A stretch of 64,000 nucleotides of DNA from an uncultured Phycisphaerales bacterium (lineage in GTDB: Bacteria; Planctomycetota; Phycisphaerae; Tepidisphaerales; Tepidisphaeraceae). Shown piece by piece: positions 20,296-31,638 of the stretch. Under the pieces are notes generated by a model. It was not told the DNA's origin, did not search any database, and saw only the letters and a list, made by a program, of their open reading frames with translations. Position 1 is the stretch's first letter. Each line of letters starts with the position of its first letter. The DNA lies in assembly GCA_963844715.1 (NCBI GenBank), contig CAWJPJ010000006.1, positions 864,001 to 928,000 on the forward strand, read 5' to 3'. Made by a program: the position numbers and the translations under genes.

Positions 20296-21461
20296 ATGGC
20301 CGCGCCTTATCAAATCTGGGGGGAGGGATTGGATGAGAATGCGCTGGAGCAGACTGCGCCTTGCGGCGAGCTTGCCCATTGCGGTTTCGGGGGCGTTGAT
20401 GCCGGATGCGCATCTGGGGTATGGGCTGCCGATCGGCGGGGTTTTGGCGACGGATAATGCGGTAATTCCTTATGCGGTGGGAGTGGATATTGCGTGCCGG
20501 ATGAAGTTGTCGGTATTGGATGTGCCGGTGGATGCGCTTGAGCATCAGGCGGATCGACTCGCGAAAATTCTTGGGGCGGAGACGGTTTTTGGCGCGGGCG
20601 GAGTGCGGAAAAAGCCGGCGGATCATCCGGTTCTGACGGCTGATTGGAAGGCGAGCGATATCACCCGAAATTTGTTTGACAAGGCGGCGAGCCAATTGGG
20701 GACCAGCGGGAGTGGAAATCATTTTGTCGAATTCGGGACGCTGAGTCTCGATCGAGATGAACTTGGGCTGAAGGCGGGGAAATATTTCGCGCTGCTAAGC
20801 CATAGCGGAAGCCGAGGCGCGGGGGCGGCTGTGGCGGATCATTTCAGCAAGCTGGCGATGGCTCTGCATGCTGAGCTGCCGCAGGAATTGAAGCGGCTCG
20901 CGTGGCTGGATCTGGATTCCGACGCTGGCCGGGAATATTGGCGGACGATGGAACTCATGGGCGAGTATGCGTCGGCGAATCATGCGATCATTCATGAAAA
21001 GATCGCGGCGGCGCTCGGGGGCGCCGGTTTTGGCCGGAGTGGAGAACCATCACAATTTCGCGTGGAAGGAGACGCACGGGGGACGCGAGGTCGTCGTGCA
21101 TCGCAAGGGGGCAACGCCGGCTTCGAAGGGGACGCTTGGGGTGATTCCGGGGTCGATGGCTTCGCCGGGGTTTGTGGTGCGCGGGCGCGGCGAGGAGAAG
21201 TCGCTGAATTCGGCCTGCGCACGGGGCGGGACGGGTGATGAGCCGAACGGCGGCGAAGAAGCAGATTCGCTGGCCGAGTGTGCAGGCGATGCTGAGGGCG
21301 GCGGGAGTGAGATTGCTTTCGGCGGGGCTGGATGAGGCTCCGCAGGCGTATAAGGATATTTTTCAGGTGATGCGGCGCAGGCGGATTTGGTGGATGTGAT
21401 TGCACGGTTTGATCCGAAGATCGTGAAGATGGCGGATGCGGGGGAGAGGCCGGAGGATTAA
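20296..21461 (+). CDS. rtcB: RtcB family RNA ligase (frameshifted)
   Basis: MPDAHLGYGLPIG, VGVDIAC, QLGTSGSGNHF, HSGSRG, HHNFAW, HRKGAT, IPGSM, DEAPQAYK. Confidence 0.9.
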
Positions 21462-21522
21462 GAGAATCGATTCAGGTTCGGGCTTTTATGCGCGATACAA
21501 TCGAGGAGTTAGGAGTAAAGCT

Positions 21523-21792
21523 ATGCCGCTGGTTATTTCCGATGAGGTTCTTCGCGCGGCCGGTCTAACCGAGCGTGAAGCCCTGATTGTGTTCGCGTGT
21601 GGGATATTCCAAGCGCGTTGCATGTCCCTTGGCCGCGCGGGGGAAATCGTCGGACTGAGCAAGGTCGAGATGGAAAAGGAATTGGCCGCTCGTAATATTC
21701 CTCGCTACCAATACACAGCCAAGATGCTTGAGGATGACATTCGGGCCTTAAAGCTGATGGAGAGTTGGGACGCTGAAGGCCGTAAAAAGTGA
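21523..21792 (+). CDS. UPF0175-family protein (putative antitoxin)
   Basis: MPLVISDEVL...MSLGRAGEIVGLS...LAARNIP..Y...LEDD; RBS AGGAG. Confidence 0.75.
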   Translation: MPLVISDEVLRAAGLTEREALIVFACGIFQARCMSLGRAGEIVGLSKVEMEKELAARNIPRYQYTAKMLEDDIRALKLMESWDAEGRKK

Positions 21793-21846
21793 TGGCGTCC
21801 CATCATCGGAGAATGCTCGCTCACCTCACATAGTAACGAAATAAAG

Positions 21847-24107
21847 ATGAATCGTCTTTCTCGCGAATCCTCGCCCTATCTTTTGCAGCATGCGCACAAT
21901 CCCGTGGATTGGTATCCGTGGGGTCCCGAGGCGTTCGAACTCGCGCGGCGCGAGGATCGGCCGATTTTTCTTTCTGTGGGGTATAGCAGTTGTTACTGGT
22001 GCCACGTGATGGAGAGGCAGTCTTTTGAGAACGAGGAAATCGCGCGGGCGATGAACGCCGGGTTTGTGAATATCAAGGTGGATCGGGAGCAGCGGCCGGA
22101 CGTGGATCAGTTGTATATGCTGGCGGTGCAGATTTTGACGCGGCAAGGGGGATGGCCGATGAGCGTTTTTTTGACGCCGGATTTGCGGCCGTTTTATGGC
22201 GGGACTTATTTTCCGCCGGGGGATGCGTATGGGAGGCCGGGGTTTGGGCGGATATTGGCGGCGATTGACGGGGCTTGGAAACATCGGCGCGAGGAAGTGA
22301 CCGAATCAGCCGAGAATCTGACGCAGATGCTGCGGCGGTTGGCCGGGCCGAGACGGGCGGAAAATGCGATGCGGGTCGATCTGCCTTGGATCGAGGGGAT
22401 GATCGAGCGCAGCACGAGTGATTTTGATGCCGAGCACGGGGGATTTGGCGGGTCTCCGAAATTTCCGCGGGAGACTTTGCTGGAATTGCTGCTGGTTTTC
22501 CTCGCGCAAAAAGAAGATGCGGGGCTGCGGAAAAAACTGAAGAGGACATTGGACGGGATGGCGCGCGGGGGGATTCGGGATCAGGTTGGCGGAGGATTTC
22601 ATCGGTATAGCACGGATGAAAAGTGGCTGGTGCCGCATTTTGAGATCATGTTGTACGATAACGCGATGTTGCTTTGGATTTATGCCGAGGCACATCGGCA
22701 GACGCCGAACCCCGAATGGGCGGCGGTGGCGGCGGGGATCGCGGATTTCATTCTGGCGGAGATGACTTCGCCGGAGGGGCTTTTTTATACGGCATTGGAC
22801 GCGGAAGTGGATGCGGAGGAAGGAGGGAGCTATCTGTGGACGCAGGCGGAGGTGCGCGAGGTTTTGGCGAAGGAGGGGTTCGAGGCGGTTTTGATCGATC
22901 GATTCTGCCATATTTACGGACTGGATTTGGGGCCGAATTTTTCTGATCCTCACAAGCATGGGGATGCGCCGGAAAAAAATGTTTTGTACGAGGCGGAGAT
23001 GGGGCTGCTGGATGAAAAGATGGCAGAGATGCGGGCGGAGTTGTATGCGGTGCGGAAGAAGCGCAAGCAGCCGATGCTGGATACCAAGATTCTGACGAGT
23101 TGGAACGCGCTGATGATCCGCGGATTGGCGCACGCGGGGACGCTGCTGAAGCGGGGGGACTATGTGGCGGCCGCACAACGGGCGGCGGAGCAGTTGTTGG
23201 CGCGATATCGAACCGGCGATGGTGGAATATTGCGCGATGGGAAGACCGGTGGGTTTTTGGAGGATTATGCTTTTCTAGTTCAGGCGTTGCTGGAACTGGA
23301 GCGACTGGAAACTCCTCTCCCTCCTCCGGTACTCCGGGGGAGGGTTGGGGAGGGGGTCGATGATCCATCGGGCGACCAAGCCCCCTCCCTAACCCTCCCC
23401 CGGAATACCGGGGGAGGGGAAAATGCGGAGGAGCGGGTGGGGACGCATGGAAAAGCCGCGGGCGAATTGCGCAAGAGATGAATCAGCGGTTCTACGATGA
23501 CGCAGATGGCGGATTTTATTTTACGGATAGGGGTGCGGACGATTTGATTGTTCGGCAGAAGATTGGGAGTGACAGCCCGCTGCCGAGCGGGAATGCGGTT
23601 GCGGCGATGGTGATGCTGGAAATGAATGGAGCGGAGATCGCGGCGGATACTTTGCGGGCGTTCGCGGGGCAGATGGAAGATTACGGGGAAGGGGCTAGCG
23701 CGATGATCGAGGCGGCGATGAAATATGTGCGCGGGCACGGGCCCCTGGAGGTTTCCGCGGGAGAAGGGCCTGCGGAGCGGCCGGATTCGCCGGAGGAATT
23801 GGCGGCGAAGGTTTTGGCGGTTGAGCCGGTTTGGATTGATGGGAAGACATTGGATTTGCGATGCGAATTGAGGGAGGGGTATCACATTGACGCGCCAATT
23901 CATGTAGCGCTGAATCGGCCGGGATCGGCGCGAGTGCCGGAGGGCGCGGGGATATTCGGGAAATTTTTGATTGGCGCGGATTTTGAAGAATCGGTTGAGG
24001 GGAGCGCGCTGGTGACGTTAAGTTATCAGGCGTGCGATGAATCGGCTTGCTTGCCGATGATTTCGCGGTCGATTGAGGTTTTTGCCAGGAGCGGGGATTT
24101 AGGCTAA
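21847..24107 (+). CDS. YyaL/SPATA20-like thioredoxin-domain protein with C-terminal DsbD-N-like domain (frameshift; palindrome insertion)
   Basis: [62 protein letters not shown]-terminal YQAC...C. Confidence 0.9.
23317..23420. repeat. REPIN-like inverted repeat (family A) inside a coding sequence
   Basis: ~39-bp arms CTCCCTCCTCCGGTACTCCGGGGGAGGGTTGGGGAGGGGG / CCCCCTCCCTAACCCTCCCCCGGAATACCGGGGGAGGGGA. Confidence 0.85.
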
Positions 24108-24120
24108 CTTCCCCGGCCTC

Positions 24121-25674
24121 ATGATCCCAACCAGCACGAACGTAAAGATCACGGCGGGCGCGATAACCGGGAAATTTGATGCGGCGGCGGTTTTTGTCGC
24201 GTCGGGAAAGAAATTCGATGCGAAATCCGCGGAGGGGTTGGGGACGGAAATTGCGGAAGCGGCCGGGGCGCTTTTGTCGGAAGGGGTTTCGCGCGGGAAG
24301 GCTTCGGAAGTTTCGTTTGGATTGCTGAAATCGGGAAAACCGGCGCGGCGGGTTTATGTGGTGGGGTTGGGGAGGACGGAAAAGATCACGACGGAAACGG
24401 TGCGCAGGCGGCTGGAGCGCTCGCCCGGCGCTGGCCCGGCACGAGCAGAAGAGCGTGGCGATTGCGCTACCGGCGCTGGGGGAGATTTCCGCTGAGGAAT
24501 CGGCGGCGGCGATCGTCGAGGGGATTCTGCTGGCGGCGTTTGATTACCGGGAATACAAGGGGGCCGCTTCCAAAAGCGACGATGAGGAGGATGAGAGCGC
24601 GAAGCACCTGGCGGTTCGAATCGTTTCGACGAAGGCTTCGGTGCGGGAGGCGGTTCGGCGCGCTGAGATTGTTTGCGAGGCGCAGAATCTGGCGCGGACG
24701 ATCGCGTCGCGGCCGGGGAATGATGTGAACCCGCCAGTGCTGGCCCGCGAGGCGAAGGAATTGGCGCGGCAGACTGGCCTAGCGTGCACGATTTATGACG
24801 AGAAGCAGTTGAAGAAGTTGGGAATGGGGGGGATTCTGGCGGTGGGAGCGGGGAGCATTTATTCGCCGCCGCGGATGATTGTGCTTGAGCATAAGCCGCG
24901 GGGATTGGGGCGGACTTCGCGGCCGATTTTGCTGGTGGGAAAGGCGATCACATTTGACACCGGCGGAATCTCGATCAAGCCGGCGGACAAAATGGGGAAA
25001 ATGATCTTCGATAAGTGCGGCGCGATGGCGGTGTTGGGTTGCATGGTGGCGCTGGCGAAGCTCAAGGCGCCGGTTCATGTGGTGGGGATTCTGTCGAGTG
25101 CGGAAAATGCGATCAGCTCCAAGGCGTACCGCCCGGGCGATATTATTCGAATGCATAACGGGGTGACGGTGGAAGTGACGAACACGGATGCCGAGGGGCG
25201 GCTGGTCTTGGCGGACGCGCTAGCGTGGGGAATCGCGAAATATAATCCGACGGCGGCGGTGGATTTGGCGACATTGACCGGGGGCGTGATCGTGGCGCTG
25301 GGAAAGACGATGGCGGGTGTCATGAGCAACAGCGACGCGCTGGTCGAGGAGCTGGAATCGGTTTCGGGCCGGACGGGGGAGAAATTCTGCGCTTGCCGCT
25401 GGGGGACGAGCAGAGGAAGCAGATGAAATCGGAGTTTGCGGATATTGTGAACAGCGCGGGTCGCGAGGGCCATCCGCTCCAGGGCGGGGCGTTTTTGAGC
25501 TATTTCGTTCCGAAAGACGAATCGGTCCCATGGGCGCATCTGGATATCGCGGGCGTGGCGGACACGGAAAAAGAACTGCCCTATTATGGAAAAGGGGCGA
25601 CCGGTTGGGGCGTGCGGATACTGGTGGAGTGGGCGACGTCACGCCCGGCGGGTGGACGATCAAAAAGGAAATGA
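24121..25674 (+). CDS. pepA: Leucyl aminopeptidase (M17), frameshifted
   Basis: VGKAITFDTGGISIK, DKCGA, AENAI, NTDAEGRL, ATLTG, WAHLDIAG. Confidence 0.92.
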
Positions 25675-25690
25675 GCAAAGGAGCTAATCA

Positions 25691-26656
25691 ATGAATGCCG
25701 CAATCACGGCGATGGCGCTTTTCTTTTCGGTGCTGACGCCGCAGAAAATGTGGTTTGCGCCGTCGCAGCCGATCTCGGTGACGGTGAAGGGTGATCAGGA
25801 TGTCACGCTGATCTTGACGGATTTTCGGGCAAGGCGCTGAAACCGCAGGGATCGGCCGATGAGAAGGCGGGCGCGACGTTCGACGTGAAGAAAGTATTTC
25901 CGGACACGGGTTCGGTGGGGACGTGGATCTTGTACGCGGTGCCGAAGGGATCGCCATCTGTGGCGGCGGCGAGCGCTGGTGAGGCGGTCGTGCCGAAGGA
26001 TTTCCTGGGCGTTCCGCTGGTGATTGAGGAGATGCCCGCGCAGGAGGGAGATACGCCGGACGTGGCGCGAATCGTGCCGCTGAGTTATGCGGTCATGAAG
26101 ACGGACGCGGGGACGATGAAATGCGTGTTCTACTACGAATCCGCGCCGCACACGGTGGACACATTTTTGACGCTGTCGGAGCAGGGTTTTTACGACGGGC
26201 TGACGTTCCATCGGGTGGTGCCGGATTTTGTGATTCAGGGCGGCGATCCGACGGGGACGGGGTCGGGCGGGCCGGGATTTCATATTGGGGCGGAATTCAA
26301 CAATCGGCCGCATATTGCGGGCGTGCTGTCGATGGCACGTAACGGCGATCCGAATGAGGATCCGCAGAATGGCGTCATGCCGCGGGCGGAGTACTGCCAA
26401 CAGCGCGGGGAGCCAGTTCTTCGTCTGCCTGGATTATCGCAATACGCAGCAACTCGATCGGCGTTACACGGCCTTTGGGCAGGTGGTGGATGGGATGGAT
26501 GCCGCCCAAAAGATCGGGCAATCGCCTATCGCAAACAGCGATACGGGAGCGCCGAAGGTTCTGACGTTGATTCAGAGCATTCGCGTATTTCCGGTCACGG
26601 CGGCGGATAATCCGTATAATGCGATCTTGGCGCCGACGACGCAGCCGGCGCAGTAG
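25691..26656 (+). CDS. Cyclophilin-type peptidyl-prolyl isomerase, frameshifted
   Basis: [46 protein letters not shown]. Confidence 0.9.
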
Positions 26657-26681
26657 AAAAATCAGAAGATCGGAGCCGCCT

Positions 26682-26793
26682 CGGGAGGCGGCCGGGTCCG
26701 ATGCAAGGGTCGGCCGCGAACCGGGTCAGGTCCGAGAGGAAGCAGCCCTAAGTGGTCCCGGCTTTGTGCCGTCGTCCCCCCGGCCGCTTTCCG
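26682..26793 (+). ncRNA. ffs: Signal recognition particle RNA (small bacterial 4.5S type)
   Basis: Helix-8 motif CCGGGTCAGGTCC-GAGA-GGAAGCAGCCC in a long hairpin closed by GGAGGCGGCCGGG / CCCGGCCGCTTTCC, followed by a T-run. Confidence 0.92.
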
Positions 26794-26864
26794 CGGCGGC
26801 TTTTTTTGTCGTTTTATTTCCTCTCTCATTCGGGCTTTGATTCGACATTCGTCATTCCAAAAGG

Positions 26865-26903
26865 CCCCTCACCCAACCTCTCCCCGTGAGTACACAGGGA
26901 GAG
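26865..26903. repeat. REP-like element, family A, single arm
   Basis: CCCCTCACCCAACCTCTCCCCGTGAGTACACAGGGAGAG; preceded by a heptamer-like tract (26826-26856). Confidence 0.7.
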
Positions 26904-26954
26904 GCGTAGGAGAGACGCGACAGGAAGCGGCGCGGCGGGTAGGATTTGCTCACT

Positions 26955-27827
26955 ATGCGGCTGGCGATTATTGCAAACAAACGGAAGCCGAACGTCGTGG
27001 CGGCGATGGAGAAGATGCTGCCGCGGATTTCGGCTAAGACTGAAGTTGTCGCCGTAAGTGATTGCGAGCAAGAGTACGATCTCATAAAGATCGAGGCGGA
27101 TGCGATTCTGGTTCTGGGCGGGGACGGGACGCTTCTCTCGGCGGCGCGGCGGTTGGACGGCAGGCAGATTCCGCTGCTGGGGGTCAATTTTGGACGACTG
27201 GGTTTTTTGGCCAGCTTCACGCCGCAGCAGTTTGAGCGGCACTTTGATGATTTTGTTGCCGGGAAGCTGGCTATCAGCCATCGGCTGGTGATTGAGACAT
27301 CCGTTTCCAAGACGATGGACGGGAAGCCGCGATTCCGCGCCACCGCACTGAACGACACGGTGATCACGGCGGGTCCGCCTTTTCATATGATTGAACTGAA
27401 GATTTCCGCCGAGAGCGGCGATGGGGAGGAAATCCTGGCAGAAGGGGTGAGATATTTCGGGGACGGGGTGATCGTTTCCACGGCGAGCGGATCGACGGCA
27501 TACAACGTCTCAGCGGGCGGACCGATCTTGAGCCCGACGGTTTCGGCGTTTTGCGTGACGCCGATTTGTCCGCATTCGCTTTCGTTCCGGCCGGTGGTCA
27601 TTTCTTCCCAGTGCACGGTGTACATCTCGGCCACGCGCGTGAACGAGGGCACAACCCTCTTTTGCGACGGGCAGGAAAGCACGCAGCTGTGCGCCGGCGA
27701 GTCGGTGATGATCAAAAAAAGCCCAAATACAGTTTTATTAATTGAGAATCCGGACGCAGGGGAATGGCGGAATTTGGCGGAGAAACTGAACTGGGCGACG
27801 GGGCCTGCCTATAACTCCGAAAGTTGA
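26955..27827 (+). CDS. nadK: NAD kinase
   Basis: GGDGT, GVNFGRLGFL, ALND, GDGVIVSTASGSTAYNVSAGGP, PICPHSL. Confidence 0.95.
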   Translation: MRLAIIANKRKPNVVAAMEKMLPRISAKTEVVAVSDCEQEYDLIKIEADAILVLGGDGTLLSAARRLDGRQIPLLGVNFGRLGFLASFTPQQFERHFDDFVAGKLAISHRLVIETSVSKTMDGKPRFRATALNDTVITAGPPFHMIELKISAESGDGEEILAEGVRYFGDGVIVSTASGSTAYNVSAGGPILSPTVSAFCVTPICPHSLSFRPVVISSQCTVYISATRVNEGTTLFCDGQESTQLCAGESVMIKKSPNTVLLIENPDAGEWRNLAEKLNWATGPAYNSES

Positions 27828-27873
27828 CGCGGCGAAAAATCCACGCCTACAGTGAACGAACAAAGGAGCGAAC

Positions 27874-28893
27874 ATGGCAGAGATGATCCGGGCGTACGCC
27901 GCGAAGTCCGCCGGCGGCAAGCTTGAACGGTTTGATTTCAACCCCGGCCCGCTTGGCGACGAGCAGGTGGAGATCGCGGTGGATTACTGCGGCTTGTGCC
28001 ACTCCGATCTTTCGATGGTGAAAAATGATTTTGGGATGACGGCGTATCCGTTTGTGCCGGGGCACGAGGTGGCGGGGAGAATCGTCGCGGTGGGAAAAAA
28101 TGCCAAGGATCGCAGGGTCGGGGATTCGGTGGGACTGGGATGGTATAGCCAGAGCTGTCTGCATTGCATGGAGTGTTTGACGGGGAATCAGAATCTGTGC
28201 CCGACCGTGGAGGGGACGATCATTCATCGGCAAGGCGGATTTGCCGATCGGGTGCGGTGCCAGTGGACTTGGGCGACCCCGCTGCCCAGCGCGCTCGATC
28301 CGGCCAAGGCTGGGCCCCTCTTTTGCGGGGGCGTGACCGTCTTTAATCCCATGGTGCAGTTTGACGTGAAGCCGACGGATCGGGTCGGCGTGATCGGCAT
28401 TGGAGGACTTGGCCATCTGGCTCTGCAATACCTCAACAAATGGGGATGCCATGTGACGGCCTTCAGTTCCAATCCGTCCAAAAGCGATGAGGCAAAGCGA
28501 CTTGGGGCTAGTGACGTGATCGATTCGCGCAGTACGGACGCAATGAAAAAAATCGCCGGCTCTCTGAACTTCATTATCAGCACGGTGAATGTTCCGCTGG
28601 ATTGGGGCGCGATCATCAATACGCTGGCCCCCAGGGGCAGGCTCCACATCGTTGGCGCCGTCACCGAACCGATATCGTTGAGCATATTTCCGCTGATGTT
28701 GGGCCAACGATCGGTCAGCAGTTCGCCACTGGGAAGTCCCGCGACCACGGCTCGGATGCTGGACTTTTCGGCTCGGCATGAGATTGCGCCGATCGTGGAG
28801 ATGTATCCAATGTCGCAGATCAACGAGGCGTTCGCGCGGCTGGAATCGGGGAAGGCGCGGTATCGGATCGTGCTGAAAAATGATCTGGCGTGA
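27874..28893 (+). CDS. Zn-dependent NAD(P)H alcohol dehydrogenase / aldehyde reductase (Ahr-like)
   Basis: CGLCHSD, GHE, CxxCxxC...C, GIGGLG, GKARYRIVL. Confidence 0.92.
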   Translation: MAEMIRAYAAKSAGGKLERFDFNPGPLGDEQVEIAVDYCGLCHSDLSMVKNDFGMTAYPFVPGHEVAGRIVAVGKNAKDRRVGDSVGLGWYSQSCLHCMECLTGNQNLCPTVEGTIIHRQGGFADRVRCQWTWATPLPSALDPAKAGPLFCGGVTVFNPMVQFDVKPTDRVGVIGIGGLGHLALQYLNKWGCHVTAFSSNPSKSDEAKRLGASDVIDSRSTDAMKKIAGSLNFIISTVNVPLDWGAIINTLAPRGRLHIVGAVTEPISLSIFPLMLGQRSVSSSPLGSPATTARMLDFSARHEIAPIVEMYPMSQINEAFARLESGKARYRIVLKNDLA

Positions 28894-28938
28894 GCCGCCT
28901 TTGACATTTCGAGGATCGGTTCTAACCTTTGGCAAATC

Positions 28939-30444
28939 GTGCCAAGGTATTTTCCGAATTTAGAGGAATTCACGCTGATCGCGCGGTCGGCGAAGATTGT
29001 GCCGGTTTATCGGCAGCTTTTGGCGGATCGGCTGACGCCGGTGACGGCGTTTGAGATTCTGGGGCGGGATGAGCACGCGTTTCTGCTGGAAAGCGTGGTC
29101 GGGGGGGAAAAAATCGGGCGGTATAGCTTTATCGCGTCGGGGCCGAAACTGGCGTATCAGGCTTATGAGGGGAAGGCCACGATTCAGCAGGTGGGCGAGG
29201 CGGAAAAGCAGTTCGAGACCCGCGATCCGCTGGGGGATTTGCAGAAGCTTTTGCCCAAGACCTCGTATCATCGCGACAAGAGACTGCCGGCGTTTACGGG
29301 CGGGCTGGTGGGGTACGCGGGGTACGACACGATTCGATATTACGAGGGGGAGAAGCTGCCCAAACCGCCGGCGGATGATCGGCGATTGCCGGAGGTTCTT
29401 TTTGCGCTCTATGGAGAGATGGTCATCTTCGATCATCTCGACAAGACGATCAAAATCGTCGGAAACGCGGATTTATCGCGCGGGGCGAACGCCGAGGCGG
29501 CGTATCGGGATGCTTGCCGGCGGATTGATGAGATTGTGACGCGACTGAGGCAGCCGCCGCTGCTCAAGCTTGGGGAGATCGACACCAGCGGGGACGTGAC
29601 GTTGGCCTTCACCAGCAATTTTACGCGCGAGCAGTTCGAGCAAGTGGTCGAGAGCGGGAAGGAATTCATCAAGGCGGGGGATATTTTTCAGTTCGTGCCG
29701 AGCCAGAGGTTGCGGGTGAGTTCGCCGGCCGATCCGTTGGATGTGTATCGGGCGCTGCGGATCATCAATCCTTCACCCTACATGTTTTTCTTGAAGAGCC
29801 CGGCTTGCACTTTGATCGGGTCTAGTCCGGAGATTTTGTGCAAAGTTGAGAAAGGGACGATCACCAGCCGCCCGCTGGCGGGAACGCGGCGCCGCGGGAC
29901 CAGCGAGGAGGAGGATGCCCGGCTTGAAAAGGAGCTGCTGGCCGACCCGAAGGAGCGGGCGGAGCACATCATGCTCGTCGATTTGCATCGGAACGACGTC
30001 GGGCGGGTATCGAAGATCGGGACGGTGCGGGTGAGCGATATGATGACGGTGGAGCGCTATAGCCACGTCATGCACATCACCAGCAATGTGACGGGGCAGC
30101 TTGATGAGCAATACAGCGCGATGGACGCGCTGCGGGTGAGTTTGCCTGTGGGGACAGTCAGCGGTGCGCCGAAGATTCGGGCCATGCAGATCATCGACGA
30201 ACTGGAGAAGAGCCGGCGCGGTCCGTATGGGGGGGCGGTGGGTTATTTGGATTTTTCCGGGGATTTGGACACGTGCATCGCCCTGCGGACGATTGTTTTC
30301 AAGAACGGAACCTATGACGTGCAGGCGGGGGCGGGAGTCGTTGCCGATTCGGTGCCGGCCAGTGAGTACAAGGAGACCATGGACAAGGCCAAGGCGATGC
30401 TGAAGGCAGTGGAGATCGCGGAGAAGCAATTTGGAGCGGCATAA
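28939..30444 (+). CDS. trpE: Anthranilate synthase component I
   Basis: FLLES, GRYSF, NPSPYMF, GSSPE, PLAGT, AEHIMLVDL, GTVSGAPK. Confidence 0.92.
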   Translation: MPRYFPNLEEFTLIARSAKIVPVYRQLLADRLTPVTAFEILGRDEHAFLLESVVGGEKIGRYSFIASGPKLAYQAYEGKATIQQVGEAEKQFETRDPLGDLQKLLPKTSYHRDKRLPAFTGGLVGYAGYDTIRYYEGEKLPKPPADDRRLPEVLFALYGEMVIFDHLDKTIKIVGNADLSRGANAEAAYRDACRRIDEIVTRLRQPPLLKLGEIDTSGDVTLAFTSNFTREQFEQVVESGKEFIKAGDIFQFVPSQRLRVSSPADPLDVYRALRIINPSPYMFFLKSPACTLIGSSPEILCKVEKGTITSRPLAGTRRRGTSEEEDARLEKELLADPKERAEHIMLVDLHRNDVGRVSKIGTVRVSDMMTVERYSHVMHITSNVTGQLDEQYSAMDALRVSLPVGTVSGAPKIRAMQIIDELEKSRRGPYGGAVGYLDFSGDLDTCIALRTIVFKNGTYDVQAGAGVVADSVPASEYKETMDKAKAMLKAVEIAEKQFGAA

Positions 30445-30550
30445 CGACTTAACGCAAAGCTTAACAATCAAAAATTGCGGGTTAAGAGGCTTGAGGTTCG
30501 ATAATTAGTTCAAGCCGGGATTGGGGTTACGGCTGGAGGCGGCGGCAGGG

Positions 30551-31441
30551 ATGCCCTATATCGTCGTAAATTCAGAACGTCAGGATACGGATTGTCGCCA
30601 GCTCGACAACGCGCTGGTGATCGGTCGCGCGCCGGATTGCCAGGTTGCGGTTCGGGATATTTTGCTTTCGCGAAGGCATTGCCGCATCGAGAAGAGCCCG
30701 CAGGGGTGGCTGCTGATCGACCTCAACAGCAAAAATGGAACGGTAGTAAATGGGGAGAAGCTCACCGCGCCGCGGGTTTTGCGCGATAACGATATCGTGC
30801 GCATGGGCCGGTCGCGACTGGTGTTTCGGGCCGGGGAGCCGGGTTTGGAGGAATTGCGATCGCCGGGTCCGCGGCCGATTGATCCGCACGAGGCGCTGGC
30901 GGGGACGTTGTCGGGATTCGTGCTTACCGAACCCGGCGAGTTTCAGCCTCCGGCGAATATGCCCGCCCCGCGGCCGAAGCCGCGCGAGCCGGCGGCGTTT
31001 GAGCGCGAGGAGTTGCACGAGATGCTCACGGCGATCGCTTCGAGCAGTTGGGATTCGATCTATGCCGAGGCGAGGCAGCCGCTGAAGGGTGAATCGCGGT
31101 CGGGGACGGCGCTGCTGGAGCGTGGGCGAACGCGTCCGATGCGGCCGAGATCGCCGATCGATCTTTCGCTTCAGGCGAGCCCGGCGCCGGTGATGGCACC
31201 CAAGCTCGTGGAGAATCCGAAGCCCTGGATAAGAAGAATCGCGCTGGTGGCAGCGGTTGTTTTTCTTGTGGCGGGAATTGTTTCGATGGGGCAATGGCAG
31301 AGCGATTCCAATCCAACCCCCCCACCGCCGGCGGGCGTCACACACATCGCGGAGCGGGCGAAAATTATCCCGATGGATCAGCTTGCGTGGACGGAAGTCG
31401 CCAAAGCGGCGGCGGCGCGTTTGCCGGTTATTGGGTGGTAA
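30551..31441 (+). CDS. FHA-domain membrane protein
   Basis: IGRAPDC, LSRRHC, DLNSKNGT; one C-terminal TM helix. Confidence 0.85.
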   Translation: MPYIVVNSERQDTDCRQLDNALVIGRAPDCQVAVRDILLSRRHCRIEKSPQGWLLIDLNSKNGTVVNGEKLTAPRVLRDNDIVRMGRSRLVFRAGEPGLEELRSPGPRPIDPHEALAGTLSGFVLTEPGEFQPPANMPAPRPKPREPAAFEREELHEMLTAIASSSWDSIYAEARQPLKGESRSGTALLERGRTRPMRPRSPIDLSLQASPAPVMAPKLVENPKPWIRRIALVAAVVFLVAGIVSMGQWQSDSNPTPPPPAGVTHIAERAKIIPMDQLAWTEVAKAAAARLPVIGW

Positions 31442-31482
31442 AAGCGGGTTCAAAAGCTAACAAAGCGATGGGCGCGCTTTGA

Positions 31483-31592
31483 TCCCCTCGCCCCGGTACT
31501 CCGGGGAGAGGGACAGGGTGAGGGGCGGCGCCCGACGATCGAAAAACGCTCCTCAACCTAGCCCTCTCCCCACGGGTACGTGGGGAGAGGGG
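31483..31592. repeat. REPIN-like inverted repeat (family A), intergenic
   Basis: CCCCTCGCCCCGGTACTCCGGGGAGAGGGACAGGGTGAGGGG ... CTCCTCAACCTAGCCCTCTCCCCACGGGTACGTGGGGAGAGGGG between convergent genes. Confidence 0.8.
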
Positions 31593-31638
31593 ATAATCAC
31601 TTCGTCACGGCCTCATCAGATTCTGAAGCCGCTTCTTG

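Noticed and set aside
20296..21461. rtcB as part of the tRNA/anti-tRNA system
   Set aside because: It lies 37 kb away with no sequence link, and I saw no Ro60/rtcA/rtcR or Y-RNA beside it.
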